From contig JAYGCN010000085.1 in assembly GCA_046583315.1 (NCBI GenBank), positions 1 to 50,176 on the forward strand: a stretch of DNA of 50,176 bases. The letters run 5' to 3'. The position numbers were made by a program, and so were the translations under genes. Positions 26,938 to 36,999 of the stretch are shown one piece after another. How positions within the stretch are numbered: the stretch's first letter is position 1; every line of letters begins with the position of its first letter. This stretch comes from Candidatus Hydrogenedentota bacterium (GTDB lineage: Bacteria > Hydrogenedentota > Hydrogenedentia > Hydrogenedentales > GCA-2746185). The notes below the pieces were generated by a model that saw nothing but the letters and a program-made list of their open reading frames with translations, searched no databases and was not told where the DNA came from.

Positions 26938-27972
26938 TTAATGTTCGTGCGCGGCGTGGTGTTCCTTGAGCAGATCTGCGCCGAAGTCGCCATCAAAATC
27001 GCGCCAGACGACGTGGATGTGGTTCGCTTTGTTCTGGATGTTGTCGTATTCGATGAGGAACTTCGCACCCTGGATGCGGTAATAATGCGGACGCCCCACG
27101 TCCGTGCTGCCGAGCCACGCGAATTTTGCGTCGTCCAGCCCATCCTGAACAAGCGAGACCCGTTTCTGAGTAATCGTATCCGACTGCACTTGAGCGACCA
27201 CTTCGATCAGTCGCGCCATGGTCACCTTTTGTTTCTTGTTCAGGTCGCCATACCGAATGCCGACATCCTCCAACCGTTCGGCTTTGGTGCTGTTCGCGGA
27301 GAAAATATCATTCGGTACTTTCTTGCCAATGATCGCAACAGCCTGTTGTTTGTCCGACAACGACGTCACCAGTTCCCGCGCGAGATCCTCTTCCTTCACG
27401 AGAACACGCGTTCCTTTCAACTCGTGATCGATGCGCACCTCGGCAGGATTCGTGCCCATAAACTGAGGACCACCCGAGACCAGTTTTCCGCCGATAACGG
27501 TCCAATGCAGCGACTGATGATGCCCTTCATAGCGCACCGTGTAATCACCGCCTGCCTTCGGTTCACCAAAAACCAAAATGTGATAATCCTCAGGATTACG
27601 ATGCGCCGCGCCTTCCATGATGAACAGAACGCCTTCGAGTTTTCGGATCATTTCGGACTTGCCAAAACCCTCTTCACTCAGGCCCGCGCGTACAACATCC
27701 AGCAACAGCTTGTCCTGTTTATCCGACAGCGTCTCGAAGGCAGGCCCCTGTCGTTTCATCGGAATGAAATGCCACTTCGTGCGCTCTTCTGAGTCAAAGT
27801 CCCGCATCACCTCGGCCTTCTGCGCGTCATCCAGCGAATCTAGAAACGCCGTCGTCGCGCTCAGCAAATCCGCACTCGCCCCAGTGCTCAACGCGGCCAC
27901 CAACACAAATGCAATATGATATGATGCAATTCTCATGCGATTCTTAAAAGCGTTCTTGATTAGTTCGGTCAT
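26938..27972 (-). CDS. DUF3500 domain secreted protein
   Basis: FLDSL...Q, ER..WHFIP..R.G, LS..G..K, RYEGHHQSLH, PQFMG.NP, YYRIQG..FLIEYDN.Q and NHIHVVWRD...DFG. Confidence 0.88.
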   Translation of the reverse strand: MTELIKNAFKNRMRIASYHIAFVLVAALSTGASADLLSATTAFLDSLDDAQKAEVMRDFDSEERTKWHFIPMKRQGPAFETLSDKQDKLLLDVVRAGLSEEGFGKSEMIRKLEGVLFIMEGAAHRNPEDYHILVFGEPKAGGDYTVRYEGHHQSLHWTVIGGKLVSGGPQFMGTNPAEVRIDHELKGTRVLVKEEDLARELVTSLSDKQQAVAIIGKKVPNDIFSANSTKAERLEDVGIRYGDLNKKQKVTMARLIEVVAQVQSDTITQKRVSLVQDGLDDAKFAWLGSTDVGRPHYYRIQGAKFLIEYDNIQNKANHIHVVWRDFDGDFGADLLKEHHAAHEH

Positions 27973-28084
27973 GTCGGTCGCCTCTCTGTTCGTTGGAGCG
28001 GTTGTTTTAGCAATTTTGAATATTTATCTGTCCGGTCACGGAATCGACTGGCCCAATTAAGAGTTCGAGACCGGTCCCGTCGGC

Positions 28085-28183
28085 ATGTCGCCCTTAAGCG
28101 TCGCGCTCTCTGTAATCGTATTTACCGTCTTTCTGGTCACATTCATCATCGCCCTGCGTCTGTTAAAAGGCCCTGACGAGTAA
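28085..28183 (+). CDS. Candidate 32-aa single-pass membrane microprotein
   Basis: MSPLSVALSVIVFTVFLVTFIIALRLLKGPDE*; no clear SD. Confidence 0.35.
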   Translation: MSPLSVALSVIVFTVFLVTFIIALRLLKGPDE

Positions 28184-28268
28184 ACATCTGTTCATGCTAC
28201 CAAACGAAGTATAGCGGGGCAATAGCAACGTTTTGTGATGCCATTGATACCGTACACTGGCGGATCCG

Positions 28269-28307
28269 TTGACCTTTTTTCGAATTTAGGGTAGACTATG
28301 ACATAGT
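28269..28307 (+). promoter_or_regulatory. sigma70 promoter of the cus locus with an overlapping palindrome
   Basis: TTGACC-N17-TAGACT (28269-28297); ACTATG-A-CATAGT inverted repeat at 28295-28307. Confidence 0.6.
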
Positions 28308-28334
28308 TCTGGGGCATTCGGGAATACACGATAG

Positions 28335-28811
28335 ATGAACATTCGATCTTCATATAGCAAAAGACGCCGACCGCTCCGTCGGTTTACCACCGCCACGCTG
28401 GCGGCATTGCTGTGTGTCGCCTGGGCGGGTCCCCTGCATGCCGTCTGTGCCTGTTGCGACGCAATGGCCGAACCCGTTGACGCTGAAGTAGTAGTAGATG
28501 CGGATGTCCCTGCGTGCCATAAAGTCGCCTCCGAACCGACCAAAAAAGACTCTCGTCTTCCAAACTCCACACAGATAGAGGCTCCCTGCGGCGACGAATG
28601 TTCCGCAGTAGTTACGCCGCCCGCCCTGACCGCCAATCTCATCGCGTCCACGATTCACTCAAACATCACCAAGATTCCCATGACCACTCTGGCACGCGAC
28701 CTGCCATTGCAATCGGTAAAAAGTCACCAGTTCAATCGGTACGAATCACCACCCGATATCACCGCACTCTCCACGCAACGATACGCAGTCATAGCCCCGC
28801 TACTCACCTGA
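28335..28811 (+). CDS. Exported Cys/His-rich protein preceding cusCBA (metal-responsive leader-like)
   Basis: Basic then hydrophobic N-terminus; HAVCACC, ACH, CGDEC and C-terminal ESPP...LLT. Confidence 0.6.
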   Translation: MNIRSSYSKRRRPLRRFTTATLAALLCVAWAGPLHAVCACCDAMAEPVDAEVVVDADVPACHKVASEPTKKDSRLPNSTQIEAPCGDECSAVVTPPALTANLIASTIHSNITKIPMTTLARDLPLQSVKSHQFNRYESPPDITALSTQRYAVIAPLLT

Positions 28812-28946
28812 TCACCTCGTCTGATATCATCTGATCAGTAGCGACCCACGCCCGGGATCGATTCCCGCAGTCGGTCGTAAACCAATTCGCACGGACTCGA
28901 TCACCGAACTACTTTCAAACATCCGTGTACCAAGACGAGGCCTATT

Positions 28947-30278
28947 ATGAAAACGATATTCATTGCAATGTTTGCGATGCTGCTCGCACCTTGTGGCTCC
29001 CATGCACAGGATCCATCGCCGCATCAATCGACAGTCGAATCGCAACTAAAACGGGATGTCAATCTGTTCCACTCACACGCGACCGAAGCCGATCCCGCGC
29101 TCGATGACTACATTCGAATTGCGCTGGACACGAATCTGGGACTGCGCGCAGCCTTCGACACATGGCAAGCGGCCCTCCAAGAGATTCCACAGGCGCGCGC
29201 GCTTCCCGATCCGACCTTTCAATGGACCCACTTTATCGAGGAAATCCAGACGCGTACCGGCCCGCAAAACAATCGTTTTATCCTTTCCCAAAAAATTCCC
29301 TGGAAGGGAAAACGCGCTGAAGCCGCAAACATGGCCCAAGACCAATCTGAAGCCGTGTGGTGGCAAGCGGTCTCCCTACGCACAACCATCGTGCGCGACC
29401 TGAAACAGGCCTACTACGAGTACGCCGATCTTGCGCAGAACATTCGCATCGTCGGAGAGAATCTCTCGCTGCTTCAAAACCTCGAACCGGTCGTACAATC
29501 CCGTATTCGGGGCGGTGCCAACCAAAGCGATCTGCTTCGACTGCAAGTCGAAATCGGAAAGCTGGAAAACGAACTCCAATCACTCGAAAAAATACGTCCC
29601 GCGTTAGATGTCCGACTCAAAGCCCTTCTCAATCGGGACAGCGGTGCCGTGGAGCCCTGGCCCTCCACTCCCAGGCCGACCGAAATCACCTATCGCATCG
29701 AAGACCTGCGCACCCGCTTGACCTCCAATAATCCAGATTTGAAGGTGATCGCTCAGGGTATCAGCCGGGCCAGACACAACGTGATTCGTCAGACGCTCGA
29801 GAAGAAACCGGACTTCACTGTGGGCCTGACCTACATCGACACGGGTCACGCAAAAGGAAACCTCGCTCCCTCAGATAGTGGCGACGATCCCTTCGGGTTC
29901 ACGGTCGGTATCTCAATTCCCATCTGGCGCAACAAGTTGGACGCAGGAGTGCGCCAGGCGCGATACGAGGAATCGAGCGGGCAGCATCAGCTTGCTCAAA
30001 TCCGGAAGAATCTTTTGGCGCGACTGGAGTTGCACGTTTATCGGCTTGAGAATGCGGAACGTGAAATGGCCTTATATCAAAACACACTGATTCCCCGCAG
30101 TCGACAGACGCTGGAGCTCGTTCAGGTCGGATACGAATCCGGCAAAACGTCGCTATTCGACCTCATTGACACCGAACGGGAAATGTTAGGGTTCGAAAAA
30201 TCCTACTGGCGCGCCGTAAATGATTACGGCCAAAGCGCCGCTGACATCGAAGCCCTGTGCGGAGGAGATTTATCATGA
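28947..30278 (+). CDS. TolC/CusC-like outer membrane protein
   Basis: Signal peptide; LPDP, SQKIPWKGKR, PDFTVG, ISIPIW and YESGKTSLFDLID. Confidence 0.9.
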   Translation: MKTIFIAMFAMLLAPCGSHAQDPSPHQSTVESQLKRDVNLFHSHATEADPALDDYIRIALDTNLGLRAAFDTWQAALQEIPQARALPDPTFQWTHFIEEIQTRTGPQNNRFILSQKIPWKGKRAEAANMAQDQSEAVWWQAVSLRTTIVRDLKQAYYEYADLAQNIRIVGENLSLLQNLEPVVQSRIRGGANQSDLLRLQVEIGKLENELQSLEKIRPALDVRLKALLNRDSGAVEPWPSTPRPTEITYRIEDLRTRLTSNNPDLKVIAQGISRARHNVIRQTLEKKPDFTVGLTYIDTGHAKGNLAPSDSGDDPFGFTVGISIPIWRNKLDAGVRQARYEESSGQHQLAQIRKNLLARLELHVYRLENAEREMALYQNTLIPRSRQTLELVQVGYESGKTSLFDLIDTEREMLGFEKSYWRAVNDYGQSAADIEALCGGDLS

Positions 30279-32218
30279 ATATCACCAAACCCAAACACCT
30301 CAATCTCGTCAAAATCGCCATTGGTGTCGTCGTACTCGGAACCGCGTTTTTTCTCGGAACGTTGACAGGCGGATCCGGTCAGCCCAAACACGCCGGGGAT
30401 ACCGTCGCTGATTCTGAGGCGACCATCTGGACCTGCGTAATGCACTTGCACATTCAACGGGACGAACCGGGATTATGTCCGATCTGCAGCATGGAGCTCG
30501 TGCCTCAGGGAAAATCGTCCTCATCGGAGGACAATGGGACGGCGCGACTCGTCTTGAACGAATCTGAGCGACGGCTCGCTGCGATCGCAACGACGCCTGT
30601 CGAACACAAGTACGTGGAAAAAACGGTAGGCATGGTCGGCAAGCTCGATTACGATGAAACAAAAGTAAAGAAAATTTCCTCATGGGTTAACGGTAGAATC
30701 GAACGACTCTACGTTGATTACACCGGAATCCAGGTCAAAAAGGGCGACCATCTGGTAGAACTATACAGTCCCGATCTCGTCACCGCGCAGGAAGAGTTGC
30801 TCGAGGCCAAACGGCGCGTCAGTTCCGGTAGCCGCGATCAAAGTGAATTCCTGCGTAAGAGTGACGAACGCGCGCTCGAAAGTGCTCGTGAGAAATTGCG
30901 CCTCTGGGGACTCACTGACGCACAGGTTTCCCGTATCGAGTCACGCAATGCCGCCGAGAATAACATCATTATCACCTCGCCCCAATCCGGAATCGTCATC
31001 CACAAGGCGCTGAGCGATGGTGAGTACGTCAAGACGGGAACCCACATCTACACGGTCGCCGACCTCAGGAGCCTCTGGGTCAAGCTCGACGCCTACGAAT
31101 CTGATCTGCAATGGCTTCATTTCGGCCAGGACGTCGAAATCGAAACCGAAGCCTATCCCGGCGATATTTTCCACGGGACGATTGCGTTTATCGAGCCAAC
31201 GCTCGACGCGAAAACGCGCACCGTGAAGGTTCGCGTCAATGTGCCCAATGAAGAGCAGCGATTGAAGCCCGGTATGTTCGTGCGTGCGACCGTGCATGCG
31301 AAACTCGCGAAGGGAGGCCTAGTCATGGATCCCCGACTCGCCGGGAAATGGATAGCCCCTATGCACCCGGAAATCGTGCAAGACGGTCCCGGTATCTGCC
31401 CCATCTGCCAGATGGATCTGGTCACTGCGGAATCGCTGGGTTACGTGAGTGCCGACGAAGATCGATTCGCGCCGCTGGTCGTTCCGGTGACCGCGGTATT
31501 GCGCACGGGCCGCCGCGCAGTCGTGTATGTCGAGCTACCCGACACACAGGATCCCACCTACGAGGGCCGGGAAGTCACCTTGGGTGCCCGAGCCGGTGAC
31601 TATTTCCTCATTCGCTCCGGACTCGAAGAAGGGGAAAATGTCGTTGTACAGGGAAACTTTAACATCGACAGTGCGCTTCAGATCAAAGCACGGCCCAGTA
31701 TGATGAGCATGCGTGACGATGACACCTCGGTATCTTCCGAGGCCCTGCGCGTCGCGCTCACACCCGTCTACGATGCTTACTTCTCCGCACAACAGGCCTT
31801 GAGTCACGACGACGCAGAAACGGCGAACAGCTTTCTGGACACACTCTACAAGAACATCGAGTCCCTTGATTTAACTATCGCCACAGATGACGAACAGAAA
31901 CAGCTCGGCGAAATTATCGCAACCATTGCGGATCGCGCATCCGGGGATAGCATTGAAGTAGTGCGTGAAACATTCAGGGAGGCATCTTCGGCTATCCTGA
32001 CTCTCGAAAATAGCTTCGGCCATGCCGGCGACGCAACGGTTTATGAAGCCAGTTGCCCGATGGCATTCGGTATCGGGGCATCGTGGTTGCAAACCTCCGG
32101 GCAAGTCGAAAATCCGTTCTATGGCAGCGAAATGTTTGACTGCGGCAGTATCAAGAATACATTCCTACCAACCAGCAGCGCAGCGCCCCTCGCTATGCCG
32201 GCCGGTCATCAACACTGA
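30275..32218 (+). CDS. cusB: Heavy-metal RND periplasmic adaptor with two heavy-metal-binding repeats and a C-terminal DUF3347-like domain
   Basis: ATGA overlap; WTCVMH..CPICSM and PMHPE..CPICQM; GRIERLYV, LYSPDL, LKPGMF and CPMA...W....NPFYG..M..CG. Confidence 0.9.
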   Translation: MNITKPKHLNLVKIAIGVVVLGTAFFLGTLTGGSGQPKHAGDTVADSEATIWTCVMHLHIQRDEPGLCPICSMELVPQGKSSSSEDNGTARLVLNESERRLAAIATTPVEHKYVEKTVGMVGKLDYDETKVKKISSWVNGRIERLYVDYTGIQVKKGDHLVELYSPDLVTAQEELLEAKRRVSSGSRDQSEFLRKSDERALESAREKLRLWGLTDAQVSRIESRNAAENNIIITSPQSGIVIHKALSDGEYVKTGTHIYTVADLRSLWVKLDAYESDLQWLHFGQDVEIETEAYPGDIFHGTIAFIEPTLDAKTRTVKVRVNVPNEEQRLKPGMFVRATVHAKLAKGGLVMDPRLAGKWIAPMHPEIVQDGPGICPICQMDLVTAESLGYVSADEDRFAPLVVPVTAVLRTGRRAVVYVELPDTQDPTYEGREVTLGARAGDYFLIRSGLEEGENVVVQGNFNIDSALQIKARPSMMSMRDDDTSVSSEALRVALTPVYDAYFSAQQALSHDDAETANSFLDTLYKNIESLDLTIATDDEQKQLGEIIATIADRASGDSIEVVRETFREASSAILTLENSFGHAGDATVYEASCPMAFGIGASWLQTSGQVENPFYGSEMFDCGSIKNTFLPTSSAAPLAMPAGHQH

Positions 32219-32232
32219 GACGAAAGATATCC

Positions 32233-35200
32233 ATGACAAACGAACCCGAAAATACGATCCTTGGACGCGTGGTCCATTTCTGCATCCACCGCAAAGTCGT
32301 CGTTCTACTGCTGACCCTCGCCTGCATCGGCTGGGGCATACTCGTTGCACCCTTCGACTGGGATTTCGCCTCGCTCCCCCGCGATCCCATTCCGGTTGAC
32401 GCCATCCCGGATATCGGCGAGAACCAGCAGATCGTATTCACCGAATGGACTGGGCGTTCCCCGCAAGATGTGGAGGATCAGATCACTTACCCCCTCACCG
32501 TGTCCTTACTCGGCATGCCGGGTGTAAAATCCATTCGCTCGTTCTCCTACCTTGGATTTTCCAGCATCTACATCATCTTCAACGAAGATATTGAGTTTTA
32601 TTGGTCCCGGTCACGTGTTCTCGAAAAGTTAAGCAGCCTTCCCGTGGGCACAATCCCGGACAGTGTACAACCCACTCTGGGCCCCGATGCCACGGGCCTT
32701 GGGCAGGTTTTCTGGTATACCCTCGAAGGTCATGATGCCGATGGAAATGCCACAGGCGGATGGGACCTGAACGAATTGCGCTCCGTTCAAGATTGGCAGA
32801 TCCGTTACGCCTTACAGAGCGTCGAAGGGGTTGCCGAGGTCGCGTCCGTTGGCGGCTTCGTCCAGGAGTATCAGGTAGACGTGGACCCCGACGCAATGCG
32901 GGCCTACGATGTCACCCTCAAACAAGTCTTTGACGCCGTGCGCGATTCCAATGTCGACGTTGGCGCACGCACGATCGAAATGAACGGGGTGGAATACGTG
33001 ATTCGCGGTCTCGGGTTTCTCCGTGACGTCTCCGACATAGAGCAATCCGTCATCACGAGTCACGAAAACACGCCTATCTACATCAAAAATGTCGCCCATG
33101 TATCGCTCGGGCCTGCCATGCGCCGCGGTGCCCTGGACAAAGGTGGCGCTGAAGCCGTCGGCGGTGTCGTGGTCGTTCGCTACGGAGAAAATCCGCTCGC
33201 GACCATAGACCGTGTGAAAGAAAAGATTCGCGAAATTGAAGGTGGACTTCCATCAAAAATACTGGCGAACGGCGTCGAATCCCGTGTAACCATCGTCCCA
33301 TTTTATGATCGTTCCAACCTGATCCACGAAACACTCGGCACATTGAGCACCGCCCTCACCCAGGAAATTCTGGTCACCATAATTGTTGTACTCGTCATGG
33401 TATTTCACTTGCGTAGTTCCATCCTCATCTCAGGCTTGCTCCCGCTCGCCGTGCTCATGAGTTTTATCGCCATGCACACCTTCGGTGTCGACGCCAATGT
33501 GGTCGCGCTATCGGGTATTGCCATCGCCATTGGTACGATGGTCGATATGGGTGTCGTCGTGTGCGAAAATATTCTGAAACATCTCGACACCATGGAAGAG
33601 GATGAACCCACTTCGAAAGTCATCCTTCGCGCAACCGTTGAAGTGGGTTCAGCCGTGCTCACCGCAGTGATGACCACCATCGTCAGTTTTCTACCCGTAT
33701 TTACCATGGAAGCCGCTGAGGGGAAACTTTTCAAGCCGCTGGCCTTTACCAAAACCTTTGCAATACTCGCATCCGTCATCGTCGCGCTGATGATCATTCC
33801 ACCGGTCGCTCATCTGATGTTCGCCCGCCGAAGTCGACTTGAGCGACTCCGCGTCATCGGCAATATCGCGCTGGTACTGCTCGGCATTGTTCTTGCCCTT
33901 AAACTATCCCTCTGGGCAGGCATGCTGGTCACCGTCGTCGGCCTCTACCGACTCGCCGAAACCTATCTGCCCCCAATCGTCCGCAGCAGTAGCCGATATG
34001 TACTTACCAGTACCATCGCGTTACTGGTCGCTGTCGTATTGGCACGCGAATGGGCACCCCTGGGCCCTGAACAAGGCTGGCTCAACGGAGTGTTCGTCAT
34101 CGGACTCATCGGCGGCATCCTGACAATCGCCTACATCATTCAATGGGTCTATGTTCCAGTATTACGCTTCTGTCTGGCCAACAAAGCCCTGTTCCTGAGT
34201 ATTCCATCTGTACTCGTGCTCTTTGGACTCAACATTTGGCTCGGATTCCCGACCGTATTCGGCGTTGTACCCGGTGCGATGCGGACGGTCGGGCTCGACG
34301 ATACCCTGGTGACCCAATCGCGACCGTGGGAGGTCGGCGCCAAGGCATTCCCCGGTCTTGGCAAGGAATTTATGCCGCCGCTAGACGAAGGTTCCTATCT
34401 CTATATGCCCACGACCATGCCGCATGCTTCCATAGGTACCTCCATGGATATGCTTCAAAAACAGGACATGGCGATTCGTTCCATCCCCGAAGTAGAAAGC
34501 GTCGTCGGCAAAATTGGACGTGCCGAAACACCGTTGGACCCCGCTCCCATTGCCATGGTCGAAACGGTGATCAATTATGTATCCGAATACAAAACTGACG
34601 ATAGCGGGAATCGTTTACGATATCGATACGACAAAACCAGCGACACGTATTCACGCGACGAAAACGGCGAACTCATAGAAGACCCGAAAGGCCGTCTGTT
34701 CCGACAGTGGCGCCCCCACATCAAAAAGGCCGACGATATCTGGGCGGAGATCATCAAGGTTGCGCAGGTACCCGGTTCGACGAGTGCGCCCAAGCTTCAA
34801 CCCATCGCGGCACGACTCGTCATGTTGCAAAGTGGCATGCGCGCTCCCATGGGAGTGAAAGTTTTCGGTCCAGACCTGGAATCGATCGAGTCCGTGGGGC
34901 TGCAAATCGAGAAATTTCTCAAACAGCTCCCCCAGGTAAACCCGGATACCGTCATTGCGGACCGCGTGGTTGGCAAGCCCTACATGGAGATCCATATTGA
35001 TCGCGAAGCAATCGCCCGGTACGGCCTTACCATTCGTGCGGTGCAAGACGTCATCGAAGTCGCCGTCGGCGGGCGCCACATCACGACAACCGTTGAAGGT
35101 CGCGAACGGTACACCGTGCGCGTACGGTACATGCGTGAGCTGCGCGATCAACTTGAAAGCCTCGAACGTGTCCTGGTATCCACGAACGACGGTGTGAATA

Positions 35201-36024
35201 TTCCGCTGGGACAACTCGCACGAATCGAATATCGGCGAGGACCGCAGGCTATCAAAAGCGAAGACACTTTTTTAGTCAGCTATGTCATATTCGACAAAAA
35301 ATCCGAATTCGACGAAGTGAATACCGTTCTATCTGCCAAACAATTCCTGGAAGACAAGATCCTTTCCAAAGAACTGATTCTACCCGACGGGGTGAGTTAT
35401 GCCTTCTCCGGAAACTATGAAAATCAGGTTCGTTCGGAACAACGTCTTCTCATCGTATTACCGCTGGCCCTGGTCATCATTTTCATCATCCTTTATCTTC
35501 AATTCAAAGCCATCTCTACCAGTCTGCTCATTTTCACCAGCATATTCGTCGCATGGTCGGGCGGATTCCAGATGATGTGGCTGTATGGACAGGATTGGTT
35601 TCTAAACGTCGATGTCCTCGGCACAAATCTTCGCGATCTCTTCCAGGTCCATCCGCTCAATCTCAGCGTGGCCACCTGGGTCGGATTTCTGGCGTTGTTC
35701 GGCATTGCAAGCGACGACGGTGTACTCATCGCGACCTACCTCAAGCAACGTTTCAGTTCCGACAAACCCGAATCCGTTGAATCGATTCGCGAAGCAACCA
35801 TTGACGCGGCAAAGCGCCGCATTCGTCCCTGCCTGATGACCACCGCGACCACCATACTCGCGTTGATTCCTATTCTGACGTCAACTGGCCGCGGTTCCGA
35901 CATCATGGTGCCCATGGCAATTCCGTCTTTCGGCGGCATGACCGTGGTTACGGTCACCATCTTCGTGGTGCCTGTACTCTTCTGTGCCATCGAAGAATTC
36001 AAGCTTAAGGCATTGAAGACATGA
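32233..36024 (+). CDS. cusA: Cu(I)/Ag(I) efflux RND transporter
   Basis: DAIPDIGENQ, GRSPQDVEDQITYP, LGPDATG and GTMVD...EN; Met triad equivalents in LYMPT, PIAMVET and LVMLQSG; RIRPCLMT. Confidence 0.95.
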   Translation: MTNEPENTILGRVVHFCIHRKVVVLLLTLACIGWGILVAPFDWDFASLPRDPIPVDAIPDIGENQQIVFTEWTGRSPQDVEDQITYPLTVSLLGMPGVKSIRSFSYLGFSSIYIIFNEDIEFYWSRSRVLEKLSSLPVGTIPDSVQPTLGPDATGLGQVFWYTLEGHDADGNATGGWDLNELRSVQDWQIRYALQSVEGVAEVASVGGFVQEYQVDVDPDAMRAYDVTLKQVFDAVRDSNVDVGARTIEMNGVEYVIRGLGFLRDVSDIEQSVITSHENTPIYIKNVAHVSLGPAMRRGALDKGGAEAVGGVVVVRYGENPLATIDRVKEKIREIEGGLPSKILANGVESRVTIVPFYDRSNLIHETLGTLSTALTQEILVTIIVVLVMVFHLRSSILISGLLPLAVLMSFIAMHTFGVDANVVALSGIAIAIGTMVDMGVVVCENILKHLDTMEEDEPTSKVILRATVEVGSAVLTAVMTTIVSFLPVFTMEAAEGKLFKPLAFTKTFAILASVIVALMIIPPVAHLMFARRSRLERLRVIGNIALVLLGIVLALKLSLWAGMLVTVVGLYRLAETYLPPIVRSSSRYVLTSTIALLVAVVLAREWAPLGPEQGWLNGVFVIGLIGGILTIAYIIQWVYVPVLRFCLANKALFLSIPSVLVLFGLNIWLGFPTVFGVVPGAMRTVGLDDTLVTQSRPWEVGAKAFPGLGKEFMPPLDEGSYLYMPTTMPHASIGTSMDMLQKQDMAIRSIPEVESVVGKIGRAETPLDPAPIAMVETVINYVSEYKTDDSGNRLRYRYDKTSDTYSRDENGELIEDPKGRLFRQWRPHIKKADDIWAEIIKVAQVPGSTSAPKLQPIAARLVMLQSGMRAPMGVKVFGPDLESIESVGLQIEKFLKQLPQVNPDTVIADRVVGKPYMEIHIDREAIARYGLTIRAVQDVIEVAVGGRHITTTVEGRERYTVRVRYMRELRDQLESLERVLVSTNDGVNIPLGQLARIEYRRGPQAIKSEDTFLVSYVIFDKKSEFDEVNTVLSAKQFLEDKILSKELILPDGVSYAFSGNYENQVRSEQRLLIVLPLALVIIFIILYLQFKAISTSLLIFTSIFVAWSGGFQMMWLYGQDWFLNVDVLGTNLRDLFQVHPLNLSVATWVGFLALFGIASDDGVLIATYLKQRFSSDKPESVESIREATIDAAKRRIRPCLMTTATTILALIPILTSTGRGSDIMVPMAIPSFGGMTVVTVTIFVVPVLFCAIEEFKLKALKT

Positions 36025-36049
36025 CGATAACAAGGGGGAGGACAAGTCC

Positions 36050-36961
36050 CTAATCCAATCCTTCACCCGTAGCGACCCAGTGTGCGCATTCATCACCGAG
36101 CTGTTCACGCGCCGTTCGTTCATAGCGTTCGACGTCCTCAGGAGTAAGTGTTTCACGCCAACGACCATTCGTGCCTTTATTGATGAAGGTTTTGGCACCG
36201 CCTTCCCACATGACACCTCCAAGCGGGGCGGTCAGGTCCGCGTGTTCCTTCATATACTCAAAGGTGCAATGCTCAACGATGGCTTCCCACTTCGATTCAT
36301 CAATCGGTATCTCCAGGAACGCTGCCAATTTGCGCATCTCCCCCGGCATATCAGTCTTCAGATTCGCAAAGTGCAAGAGGTAGACGTTGGGGAATTGTCG
36401 GATGACCCACCATGACCGAATATTGTCCCAAAATGACCACTCGGGAGAACCGTCGTTCTCGATCCATTCCCTGAAATATTCCCGAACGGGCTTGTTACAT
36501 CGCGGCATCGGAGGCCCGACACGTCCGGGGCTGTCATTGATTGCAGCATAATACTGTTCATTCGCGCTGGAATGATGGTGATACATGCTCCATAAAGTAT
36601 CGCGTCCGTCGCGAACGATGTATACGTACTTGGCTTTCTCAGAAAAGACCAGTGCTTCAACCGGCAAATGAGTTTTCACAAAGCGGCGATGCGTCTGGGC
36701 TTCCACCGCAGCCAATTTTTCTTCTATGGGAGGAATACGCATGTCGATCCACGGCGACAACTCACCGATATTGATGCCTTCTTCGCCTTCAAAAATAAGT
36801 TGTGATACGATTTGTTGAGTCCAGGTCGTGCCCGATTTGGCATAGGTCCCGATAACGATATCGTCATCCCGAAATTTGTAATGATTCCAAACCGTTGAAT
36901 CGAAGTGGTGGTTCTGAAACTCGGTCGTTTTCTTCGGCCAAACGTTGGACGCTTCATTCAT
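36050..36961 (-). CDS. PAPS-dependent sulfotransferase (Sulfotransfer_1)
   Basis: DDIVIGTYAKSGTTW, FVKTHLP, RDGRD..WS and FINKG..GRW. Confidence 0.92.
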   Translation of the reverse strand: MNEASNVWPKKTTEFQNHHFDSTVWNHYKFRDDDIVIGTYAKSGTTWTQQIVSQLIFEGEEGINIGELSPWIDMRIPPIEEKLAAVEAQTHRRFVKTHLPVEALVFSEKAKYVYIVRDGRDTLWSMYHHHSSANEQYYAAINDSPGRVGPPMPRCNKPVREYFREWIENDGSPEWSFWDNIRSWWVIRQFPNVYLLHFANLKTDMPGEMRKLAAFLEIPIDESKWEAIVEHCTFEYMKEHADLTAPLGGVMWEGGAKTFINKGTNGRWRETLTPEDVERYERTAREQLGDECAHWVATGEGLD

Positions 36962-36999
36962 TGTCGATTGCCTCCCTATTTTTCCCTAGCTCAACTTCC

